A DNA stretch of 64,000 nt, from assembly GCA_963828165.1 (NCBI GenBank), contig CAWHDR010000001.1, positions 1,811,543 through 1,875,542 on the forward strand, read 5' to 3'. Position 1 is the first letter of the stretch; every line of letters starts with the position of its first letter. This document shows, in pieces, positions 9,559 to 17,192 of the stretch. Under the pieces are notes generated by a model. That model was not told the origin of the DNA. It was given only the letters and a program-made list of their open reading frames with translations, and did not search any database. This stretch comes from an uncultured Chloroflexia bacterium. GTDB taxonomy: Bacteria > Chloroflexota > Limnocylindria > Limnocylindrales > CSP1-4. The translations under genes were made by a program, and so were the position numbers.

Positions 9559-10956
9559 ATGCCCGGACCCGGCCCCGACCAGCGCGACCGCTCCCGTAAC
9601 CGACGACCCCGTCGACGTGCGCCCTTCGCCGGCGGCGGACGCGCGCCAGTAACCGAATACGAAGAGCAGCAGGAGCTCGAAGCCGCCAAGGAGCGGAACG
9701 ACCTCGAGGTCAGCGATCTCCGCGAGATGAGCGTGACCGAGCTCAAGGCGATCGGGCGCGACCTGGAGCTCGAGACCGGATCCGCCGATCGCAAGGACGA
9801 GCTCGTCGATCAGATCCTCCAGCGCCAGACGGAGCGCGCCGGCCACGCCTACGCGACCGGCATCCTCGACATCGTCGACGAGGGCTTCGGGTTCATGCGC
9901 CGCCACGGCCTGCTGCCGAGCCCGGAGGACGTGTACGTCAGCTCCAGCCAGGTGCGCCGCTTCGGCCTGCGCATCGGCGACCGCATCTCCGGTGCCGTGC
10001 GCGCACCGCGCGAGGCGGAGAAGTACTGGGGCATGCTGCGGGTCGACGCGGTCAACGGCGTCGACACGGATACGGCTCGCCGTCGCCCGGTCTTCGGCGA
10101 CCTGACCCCGGTCCACCCCGACGTCCTCATCAACCTCGAGACGGATTCCAAGAACCTCAGCCAGCGGCTGATCAATCTGGTCAATCCGATCGGCAAGGGC
10201 CAGCGTGCCCTGATCGTCAGCCCGCCCAAGGCCGGCAAGACGATGCTCCTCAAGCAGATCGCCAACGGCGTGAGCGCGAACTACCCGGAGATCCTGCTCA
10301 TGGTCGCGCTCATCGGCGAGCGCCCCGAGGAAGTCACGGACATGCGCCGCAGCGTCAAGGGCGAGGTCATCTCCTCGACGTTCGACGAGCCGACCGAGAA
10401 CCACACGCACGTCGCCGAGATGGCCCTCGAGATCGCCAAGCGCCAGGTCGAAACCGGGCGCGACGTCGTGATCCTGCTCGACTCCATCACGCGACTCGCA
10501 CGTGCCTACAACCTCGCGCTGCCGCCCAGCGGCCGAACGCTGTCCGGTGGCATCGACCCGATCGCGCTGTACCCGCCCAAGCGGTTCTTCGGTGCCGCCC
10601 GGAACATCGAGGAGGGCGGCTCGCTCACGATCATCGGCACCTGCCTGGTCGACACCGGATCGCGCATGGACGACGTGATCTACGAGGAATTCAAGGGCAC
10701 CGGCAACTCGGAGCTCATCCTCGATCGGAAGCTCGCCGAGAAGCGAATCTTCCCGTCGATCGACGTGCAGCGCTCGGGCACCCGCCGTGAGGAGCTGCTG
10801 CTCGAGGAAGGCACACTCAAGATGGTCTGGACGATGCGCCGGATGCTGTCGGCGGTCGGGACCAACGAGGGCATCGAGATCCTGCTCAACCGCCTTTCGA
10901 AGACGCAATCGAACGCGGATTTCCTCGCGTCGCTCACGAAGAACCTCGACGCCTGA
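9559..10956 (+). CDS. rho: transcription termination factor Rho
   Basis: Rho N-terminal domain (MSVTELKAIGRDLELE), CSD-like RNA-binding domain (GILDIVDEGFGFMR..VYVSSSQVRRFGLRIGD), Walker A SPPKAGKT, Walker B VVILLDSITRLARAYN, and C-terminal ..RIFPSIDVQRSGTRREELL. The start is uncertain (ATG at 9484, 9559 or 9727). Arg-rich N-terminal extension. Confidence 0.9.
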   Translation: MPGPGPDQRDRSRNRRPRRRAPFAGGGRAPVTEYEEQQELEAAKERNDLEVSDLREMSVTELKAIGRDLELETGSADRKDELVDQILQRQTERAGHAYATGILDIVDEGFGFMRRHGLLPSPEDVYVSSSQVRRFGLRIGDRISGAVRAPREAEKYWGMLRVDAVNGVDTDTARRRPVFGDLTPVHPDVLINLETDSKNLSQRLINLVNPIGKGQRALIVSPPKAGKTMLLKQIANGVSANYPEILLMVALIGERPEEVTDMRRSVKGEVISSTFDEPTENHTHVAEMALEIAKRQVETGRDVVILLDSITRLARAYNLALPPSGRTLSGGIDPIALYPPKRFFGAARNIEEGGSLTIIGTCLVDTGSRMDDVIYEEFKGTGNSELILDRKLAEKRIFPSIDVQRSGTRREELLLEEGTLKMVWTMRRMLSAVGTNEGIEILLNRLSKTQSNADFLASLTKNLDA

Positions 10957-10962
10957 CCTCTG

Positions 10963-10979
10963 GGAGGTTTGCAACCTCC
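10963..10979 (+). terminator. short hairpin GGAGGTT-TGC-AACCTCC just after the rho stop
   Basis: 7-bp perfect stem 7 nt after the TGA (10954-10956). No U-tract. Confidence 0.3.
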
Positions 10980-11281
10980 GTGATCAGCGTGTTACGGTGT
11001 CTAACGATGTCGTAAGCCCGTTGTGATGCGGGCGCGGCCGCGAAGAGAGACCCCCAGCTCGATACCGCGACCCCGGACGGACCCATTCACGAGTCCCCCC
11101 ACCCCACGCGCGTCCCCCAGCGCCTCGGGTTCGTCCAAATCGTCAGGAGACCGTATTGCTGAACGCGTCGGTCGGCGTCCAGCGCGTCATAGGACGCGTG
11201 CGTCGATCCTCGAGCCAAGAGTCCACGCGAGTGGTTCGCACTCCCACTCGCATCCGGGTCAGTCACCCGACCCGCGACCCG

Positions 11282-12646
11282 ATGGCATCGACTCATCTCT
11301 ACCACCGATCCCAGGCGCGCCGCAGCACCTTCGCGCTGCCGGCCCTGGCGATCCCTCGTCACCTCGCGATGCCGGCCCTGGCGATGCCACGCCAGCTGGC
11401 CATCCCGCGTCATCTGTCGATCCGCACGACTCTGCGACGGCTCGGTCATGAGCGCACCACGGCGGTCGCGGTCGCCGGGATCGTGCTCGCCGCCTCGTTC
11501 CTGAGCGTCTCCCCCGGTCGTCCCAGTGGGGACACGGGTGGCCCGACCGGCGATGGGCCGGGACCGCGGCTCGCCATCGGTGGTCCGGGCGGTGACGGCG
11601 GCACCGAGTACGGGAACGTCGTGTCCTCGTACGAAGAGGAACCGGCCGACGAGACCACGGATGCGGCGGCCGCAGGCCCTGCCGCCGCCGATCCCGCGGA
11701 GGTCGTCGAGATCCCCGTGCGACTCGAGCACGTCCAGGACGGCGCCGCCGTGGCCGCCGCCCTTGCCGCCCCCACGACCGTCGAGGGTCCGTTCCTCGAC
11801 GACGGCACCCTGCTCAAGCCCGTCGCGGTCGACACCTCCGTCCCTGACGGCAGCGACCTCATCCGCACGTACAAGGTCAAGGCCGGCGACACGCTCGCCG
11901 GCATCGCCGCGAAGTTCGACGTGACGACGATGACGTTGTGGTGGGCCAACAAGCTCAAGGCGAAGAACGCCCTCGTGCGCGGCCAGGAGCTCAAGATCCC
12001 GCCGGTGACCGGTCTCGTCGTCGAGGTCAAGTCGACCGACACCCTCGCGTCGCTCGCCCGTCGCTACAAGGTCGCCGAGACCGAGATCCTCACGACCAAC
12101 CAGATCGACGATCGCAACCTCGTCGTCGGCCAGGTGCTCGTCCTGCCGGATGCGAAGGGCGCCCCGATCAAAACCCCGAAGCCCAAGCCGAAGGCCACAT
12201 CGCGGCCGGCCGCGCGCAGCGGCGGCGGCTCCGGCAGCCGTGCACCGGTGCGAGCGCCCAAGACCTACTCCGGCGGCAACTTCGCCTGGCCGGCACCCGG
12301 CGGTCGAATCAGCCAGTACTACCACTACGGCCACTACGGTCTCGACATCGACGGCAGCTCGGGCGACCGCATCATCGCCGCGGCGTCGGGCACGGTCACC
12401 TTCGCCGGCTGGAAGAGCAACGGCGGCGGCTACCAGGTATGGATCTCGCACGGCAGCGGGCTGTACACGACGTACAACCACATGTCGAGCGTGTCCGTGG
12501 GCCGCGGCCAGCGAGTCGGCAAGGGCCAGCGCGTCGGTGCCATGGGCGCGACCGGGTTCGCGACGGGCTCGCACCTGCACTTCGAGGTCTGGCGCGGCGC
12601 GATCTGGAGTGGCGGCTCGCGGGTCAACCCGCTGGCCTACCTCTAA
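11282..12646 (+). CDS. LysM-domain M23 family metallopeptidase (cell-wall hydrolase)
   Basis: TM anchor (TAVAVAGIVLAASFLSV), two LysM repeats (YKVKAGDTLAGIAAKF.. / VEVKSTDTLASLARRYKV..), and an M23 catalytic core (HYGLDIDG..GDRIIAAASGTV..TYNHMSS..GSHLHFEV). The ORF opens at 11156; the ATG at 11282 is preferred, and later starts are possible. Confidence 0.8.
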   Translation: MASTHLYHRSQARRSTFALPALAIPRHLAMPALAMPRQLAIPRHLSIRTTLRRLGHERTTAVAVAGIVLAASFLSVSPGRPSGDTGGPTGDGPGPRLAIGGPGGDGGTEYGNVVSSYEEEPADETTDAAAAGPAAADPAEVVEIPVRLEHVQDGAAVAAALAAPTTVEGPFLDDGTLLKPVAVDTSVPDGSDLIRTYKVKAGDTLAGIAAKFDVTTMTLWWANKLKAKNALVRGQELKIPPVTGLVVEVKSTDTLASLARRYKVAETEILTTNQIDDRNLVVGQVLVLPDAKGAPIKTPKPKPKATSRPAARSGGGSGSRAPVRAPKTYSGGNFAWPAPGGRISQYYHYGHYGLDIDGSSGDRIIAAASGTVTFAGWKSNGGGYQVWISHGSGLYTTYNHMSSVSVGRGQRVGKGQRVGAMGATGFATGSHLHFEVWRGAIWSGGSRVNPLAYL

Positions 12647-12707
12647 GACTCGCACCGCACCCGGTCACCGATCGGTCGGATCGGTCGCGCCATGGGTGCG
12701 TGGGAGA

Positions 12708-14012
12708 ATGACCACGATGTTCCTCGACCGCGTGAAGATCTGGGTCCGTGCCGGCGACGGCGGTGACGGGGCCGCGACCTTCCGCCAGGAGGCGCACGTC
12801 CCGCGCGGCGGGCCCGACGGCGGAGATGGCGGTCGTGGTGGGTCCATCCTGGTGCGCGTCGACCCAGGGCTGACGACCTTGCGTGACTTCCAGTACCGCC
12901 ACCACTTCAAAGCGAAGCCGGGCGGCCGCGGCACGAAGGCCCGCCGCCACGGCAAGGCCGGCGAGGATCTCCTCCTGGAGGTGCCGCCCGGGACCGCGAT
13001 CGTCGACGACGAAAGCGGCGCGCTGGTCGCCGACCTGGTCGCCACGGGCCAGCAAACGACCGTGGCGCGCGGCGGTCGCGGCGGCCTGGGAAACACTCAT
13101 TTCAAGACGCCGACCCATCAGGCACCCAAGCACGCGCAGAAGGGCGAGCCGGGCGAGGAGCACTGGCTGCGCCTGGAGCTGCGCCTCATCGCCGATATCG
13201 GGCTCGTGGGCCTGCCGAATGCCGGCAAGTCCACGCTGCTCGCCGCCCTCACCGCCGCGACCCCCAAGATCGCCGACTACCCGTTCACGACGCTCGAACC
13301 GAACCTCGGCGTCATGGACCTCGGTGACGAGGACGAGCGCCGGCCGACGATCGCGGATGTGCCCGGCCTGATCGAGGGCGCCAGCAGCGGGGCGGGGCTC
13401 GGCCACGCGTTCCTGCGCCACGTCGAGCGAACACGGATCCTCGTCCACCTGGTCGATGGCGCCTCCCGCGACCCGGCCTGGGACCACGAGGTGATCCGCG
13501 ACGAGCTCCGTCTGCACGATCCGGCGCTGCTCGAGAAGCCGTTCCTGATCGCTTTCAACAAGATCGATCTCGGTGCCGCGCGCGAGGCTTGGCCCGCGTT
13601 CCGCGCGGCCCGGGAAGCCGAGGGGCTCGAGGCCATCGCCATCGCCGCGTCGACCGGGGAGGGGCTCGATGCCCTCCGTGCCCGTGTCGCGGAGCTGCTG
13701 CCCTCGGCGACGGAGCTCGCCGAACCGCCCGAGCCGGCCGGCGTCGTCGTCCACCGGATCGATGCGATGGGCGACGGTTTCGCGATCGAACGAGAAGCAG
13801 ACGGCGGCTTCCGGGTGCGCGGCAAGCGGATCGAGCGGACCGCCGCCCAGACCAACTTCGATGTCGAGGAGTCGGCTGAGCGGTTCCAGCGCGCCCTCGC
13901 GCGACTCGGCATCGACGCCGAGCTGCGACGCGCCGGGGTCGCCGCCGGTGATCTCGTGCGGATCGGTGCTTCGGAGCTCGAGTGGGAGCCCCAGCCGTGG
14001 GAGGAGGAGTGA
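12708..14012 (+). CDS. obg: GTPase Obg/CgtA
   Basis: Gly-rich Obg fold (FLDRVKIWVRAGDGGDG..GGPDGGDGGRGG), G1 GLPNAGKST, DVPGLIEGAS, NKID, and a C-terminal OCT-like domain. ATG at 12708 or, better spaced from the GGGAGA Shine-Dalgarno sequence, at 12717. The upstream part of the 620-aa ORF is a shadow overlapping the M23 gene. Confidence 0.92.
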   Translation: MTTMFLDRVKIWVRAGDGGDGAATFRQEAHVPRGGPDGGDGGRGGSILVRVDPGLTTLRDFQYRHHFKAKPGGRGTKARRHGKAGEDLLLEVPPGTAIVDDESGALVADLVATGQQTTVARGGRGGLGNTHFKTPTHQAPKHAQKGEPGEEHWLRLELRLIADIGLVGLPNAGKSTLLAALTAATPKIADYPFTTLEPNLGVMDLGDEDERRPTIADVPGLIEGASSGAGLGHAFLRHVERTRILVHLVDGASRDPAWDHEVIRDELRLHDPALLEKPFLIAFNKIDLGAAREAWPAFRAAREAEGLEAIAIAASTGEGLDALRARVAELLPSATELAEPPEPAGVVVHRIDAMGDGFAIEREADGGFRVRGKRIERTAAQTNFDVEESAERFQRALARLGIDAELRRAGVAAGDLVRIGASELEWEPQPWEEE

Positions 14013-14662
14013 CCGCTTCTCGGCCCGCTCCGGTGATCGGCGTGTTCGGCGGCACCTTCGACCCGATCCACGTTGCCCATCTCGCGGTGGCCGAGGCGGC
14101 ACGCGACGCGCTGGGCCTGGAGCGCGTGCTGTTCGTCCCGAACCGGCAGCCGCCGCACAAGCCCGATCAACGGGTCACCCCGGCCGCGGACCGCCTCGCC
14201 ATGGTCCGAGCCGCGATCGGGGGAAACCCTGCTTTCCAAGCGAGCACGATCGAGATCGATCGGGAAGGGCCGTCGTACACGGCGGACACGCTGGATAGGC
14301 TGCACGCAGACCGCCTGGCCGCCGGAGAGTCCGGGGAGCTGGCGCTGATCCTGTCGGTCGATGCGCTGGCCGGGCTCGCGACCTGGCACGAGCCGGCTCG
14401 GGTGCTCGAGCTGGCCACGCTCGTGGTGGCGCCACGCGACGGCTACCCGGACGTCGGGCCGGAGGAGGTCGCTCGGCTCGTCCCGGGCGCGGAGGCCCGG
14501 CTGGTCGTGCTGGATGGCCCGCGGATGCAACTTTCGGCGTCCGAGATCCGGGCTCGCGCGGCGGCCGGACGGTCGGTGCGCTACCTCGTCCCGGATGCGG
14601 TCGCGGCGTATATCGGCGACCATGCCCTGTACACCGAACCTCGGAGGATGGATCGATCGTGA
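14009..14662 (+). CDS. nadD: nicotinate-nucleotide adenylyltransferase
   Basis: GVFGGTFDPIHVAHL (HxGH-type motif), ..VPNRQPPHK.., ..SASEIRAR... GTG at 14009 overlaps the obg TGA (GTGA). Confidence 0.9.
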   Translation: MTASRPAPVIGVFGGTFDPIHVAHLAVAEAARDALGLERVLFVPNRQPPHKPDQRVTPAADRLAMVRAAIGGNPAFQASTIEIDREGPSYTADTLDRLHADRLAAGESGELALILSVDALAGLATWHEPARVLELATLVVAPRDGYPDVGPEEVARLVPGAEARLVVLDGPRMQLSASEIRARAAAGRSVRYLVPDAVAAYIGDHALYTEPRRMDRS

Positions 14663-15105
14663 CCGACCCCGCGCTTTCCGGCCCCGTGGCCACGGAGCCC
14701 CGTGCACCGAGCCCAGATGGCCTGCCGCAGCGCGATACGCCCGCCGCCACGAGCGGCGACCGCGCCGCCCTGGACCTCGCCCGCCGCGTCGTCGAGCTGG
14801 CCGAGGACAAGAAGGCTGCCGATATCGTGCTGCTCGAGCTCGCCCCGTTGACGACGCTGGCTGACTACTTCGTGATCTGCTCCGGAGGCTCGGAGCGACA
14901 GCTCGAGGCCATCGCCGACGGGGTGATCTCCTCGCTGCGCGACGACAAGGTCAAGCCGATCGGCCGCGAGGGAACGGCCGCGTCGCACTGGGTGCTCATC
15001 GACTTCGGGTCGGTCATCGTGCACATCTTCACGCCGCCGGAACGCGAGTACTACGGTCTCGAAAAGCACTGGTCGGAAGCACGCACGATCCTGCGGGTCC
15101 AGTAG
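14659..15105 (+). CDS. rsfS: ribosome silencing factor RsfS (iojap-like)
   Basis: ..KKAADIVLLEL..LADYFVICSGGSERQLEAIAD..REGTAASHWVLIDFGSVIVHIFTPPEREYYGLEKHW. GTGA overlap with nadD. About 35 extra N-terminal residues. Confidence 0.88.
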   Translation: MTDPALSGPVATEPRAPSPDGLPQRDTPAATSGDRAALDLARRVVELAEDKKAADIVLLELAPLTTLADYFVICSGGSERQLEAIADGVISSLRDDKVKPIGREGTAASHWVLIDFGSVIVHIFTPPEREYYGLEKHWSEARTILRVQ

Positions 15106-15222
15106 GCGCGCTCGCGCGACCGGCTAGTCCTCTCGGCGCAGGTGCGGGGCATCCCCCCGTACCAATGGGCGGAGTACCGTCGGGTCATGGGGAGGCCCCG
15201 TGGCGCATGACAGCATCGCGGC

Positions 15223-15477
15223 ATGTCCGCTCTTCGCGACCGTTGTCCCGCCTGTGATCACCGGCTCATCACGACCCGGTTCGACACGACATTCCGGCTG
15301 CCCGACCGGAGTGAGCGGCTGTGCTTCGGGATCCCCGGCGGACTGTGCGAGGACTGCTCGCAGCTCTACATCGATCCCGAGCTGATCGAACTCCTCGATC
15401 TCGGCGAAGGCCGCTGCGTCTTCGCGATCGAGAGCGACCTCGTCCTCCAGGAACAGGCCTGGTCGTCCGCCGACTGA
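15223..15477 (+). CDS. YgiT/MqsA-type zinc-ribbon small protein (hypothetical)
   Basis: 84-aa ORF with CPACDHRL..(28 aa)..CEDCSQLYID, the double CxxC spacing of the YgiT-type zinc finger. No HTH domain and no adjacent toxin-like ORF. Confidence 0.5.
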   Translation: MSALRDRCPACDHRLITTRFDTTFRLPDRSERLCFGIPGGLCEDCSQLYIDPELIELLDLGEGRCVFAIESDLVLQEQAWSSAD

Positions 15478-15507
15478 CGGTCTCAAAGGCGGTGTCCGGT
15501 CCCGGGG

Positions 15508-16584
15508 TCAGCCGGGGCCGGCGCGCCGCTCTCCGCTGCCGTTCCGCGCAGCGTGGTCGCCCACCCACATCGTGAACGCCAGCCGGCGCTGGGCGCTGTC
15601 CACCTCCGATCCCGGAGCTCCCTTGACCATCGCGTCGAGATCGACCAATCCCTCGAGCGCGCGCACGAGCTCCGCGGTGGTCCACAGGCGCGCCTGCCCG
15701 GCCAGGGTCTTGGCCCGGTACTCGCTCGCGATGCCCATCTCCCGGGCCGCTGCGGGCAGCGCGGTCCCGGCCGCCAACCGGTCGCCAAGCTCGAGCAGCT
15801 CCACGACCCGCCGATGCAGGACCGCCAGCAACACCGGTTCCGGGGTGACGTCGATCAAACGATCCAGCGCCGTGAGAGCGGCGTCGGGGCGACGCTCCCC
15901 GACGGCGTCGGTCAGGGCCCAGACCGAGCCCGGCGTCGCCTCGGCGACGAGCGCCCCGACGTCGTCGGCCGTGACTGGTGCTCCGTCGAGGGCGTGGCGC
16001 AGCGCCAGCTTGTCGAGCTCGCCCGAGGCGATCCGGCTCAGATAGCGGCGCTCGACGTCGCCCTGGGTGACCCGGCTGCCCAGGCGATCGGCGAGCGCGC
16101 GGGCCGCCCCGGGCGCCAGCGACAGGCCGCGATCGCGCGCCTCGGTCTCGATCCAGGCACCGAGCGCGGTCGGGCGGGGCGCCATCGCCTGGCGGACCGC
16201 CCCACCGGCGGCCTTGACGGCGTCGACCAGGCGCTTCGAGCCCGGTCCCTTCGCGCCCGATTTCGCGGCCTCGACGAAGGCGAGCGCGTTGCCGGTGGCA
16301 AGCATCGAGATCGCCTCGATGACGCGGTCGCGCGTGTCATTCCGGCGAACCAGCGCGCCCGGGTTCGTCACGACGGCCAGCGTGCCACCGCCGAACAGGG
16401 TGGCGGTCGCCAGGCGCTCGTGAAGCTGCGCCGCCCCGCTGGTGGCGGTCGCGAGATCGCCGCGCAGGTCCCAGCGTTCGAGTGGCGTGCCCAGCTCGCC
16501 CGCCAGGGCGGTGGCGAACCGGCCGACCAGGCGTTCGGCGACCAGCTCGTCGTCGCCCCAGACGTACAGGAGCGGCGTGATCAT
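15508..16584 (-). CDS. holA: DNA polymerase III subunit delta
   Basis: 358 aa from the ATG at 16584 (MITPLLYVWGDDELV..), with length and helical C-terminal pattern typical of HolA. It sits in the conserved actinobacterial comEA-comEC-holA position. ATGA overlap with the upstream HD gene. Confidence 0.75.
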   Translation of the reverse strand: MITPLLYVWGDDELVAERLVGRFATALAGELGTPLERWDLRGDLATATSGAAQLHERLATATLFGGGTLAVVTNPGALVRRNDTRDRVIEAISMLATGNALAFVEAAKSGAKGPGSKRLVDAVKAAGGAVRQAMAPRPTALGAWIETEARDRGLSLAPGAARALADRLGSRVTQGDVERRYLSRIASGELDKLALRHALDGAPVTADDVGALVAEATPGSVWALTDAVGERRPDAALTALDRLIDVTPEPVLLAVLHRRVVELLELGDRLAAGTALPAAAREMGIASEYRAKTLAGQARLWTTAELVRALEGLVDLDAMVKGAPGSEVDSAQRRLAFTMWVGDHAARNGSGERRAGPG

Positions 16585-17192
16585 CGCGCCGCCGATCCGA
16601 GGCGCGCGGCGCGGAACGCATCCGCGGTCCACGGCAATCGTCGGACCTCGGACGGCGTGATGCCGGCGGCTCGACACACCTCGGCTTCCAGGCGTTCCGC
16701 CCGGGAGTGCACGGCTCGCCAGGTCAGCTCGTCCCAGCCATCGGGATACCTCCGACGCCAGGAGGCGAAGCGGGCCGCCATCGACTCGAGCCGCTGGCCC
16801 GCGCGCTTGTCCGCGTACGCGACGATGCGCTCCTCGCGGCTCGCGAAGGCCGCCCAGCGCCGGTACGCCTCACCGTCGGCGAGGCGCGTCACCGGGTGGG
16901 CGGCGACCGCACGGGCGAGCTCGGGGTGACCGTGGTTCGTGAGCCACGCCGCCGAGCCGTGGCCGTGCCCCAGCCGCCGGACCGGATCGGCTTCGGGGAG
17001 GATCTTGTCGACGTCATGGAGCAGGGCCGCGGCCTCCACGACCGCTCGATCGACGGGCGTCCCGTGCGCCGCGATGCGCGCCGCCAGGAAGCCCGCTACC
17101 TCGGCCACGGCGCGTGCGTGCGCGAGGAACCAGGCGGGCGGATCCAGGGAGGAGAGCAGGGCCGCGGCAGCCACGCGCCCGGGGACGGTCAT
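16581..17192 (-). CDS. HD-domain phosphohydrolase
   Basis: ..HARAVAEVAGFLAA..AALLHDVDK..GHGHGSAAWL..AVAAHP.. gives the H..HD..H..D pattern. ATG at 17192; alternative ATG at 17285. Confidence 0.7.
   Translation of the reverse strand: MTVPGRVAAAALLSSLDPPAWFLAHARAVAEVAGFLAARIAAHGTPVDRAVVEAAALLHDVDKILPEADPVRRLGHGHGSAAWLTNHGHPELARAVAAHPVTRLADGEAYRRWAAFASREERIVAYADKRAGQRLESMAARFASWRRRYPDGWDELTWRAVHSRAERLEAEVCRAAGITPSEVRRLPWTADAFRAARLGSAAR

Noticed and set aside
9532-10974. 480-aa minus-strand ORF covering the whole rho gene. Similar long antisense ORFs lie opposite MocR (6115..7701), obg (12624..14102), leuS (24263..25834), lepA (58724..60691) and others.
   Set aside because: They have Arg/Ala/Gly/Pro-dominated, off-frame-like composition and lie exactly opposite genes with unmistakable homology. 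These are the usual stop-poor shadow frames of a very GC-rich genome.
11041-11125. Three C-runs in the rho/M23 spacer as a 6C small RNA, and GGGGACTCGTGAATGGGTCC on the minus strand as a ydaO-like core.
   Set aside because: I could not fold two C-loop hairpins of the 6C type. The minus-strand ydaO-like fragment points into the 3' end of rho with no gene to regulate. It is kept only as a low-confidence structured-leader finding for the plus strand.
12150-12707. 186-codon N-terminal extension of the obg ORF, and similar extensions of ORFs 2036..4579 (first 114 codons), 16581..17612, 20411..21322 and 26814..28403.
   Set aside because: The extensions overlap well-supported upstream genes and are Arg/Pro/Ala-rich. 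Conserved N-termini with Shine-Dalgarno sequences or coupled ATGA/GTGA starts are found internally.
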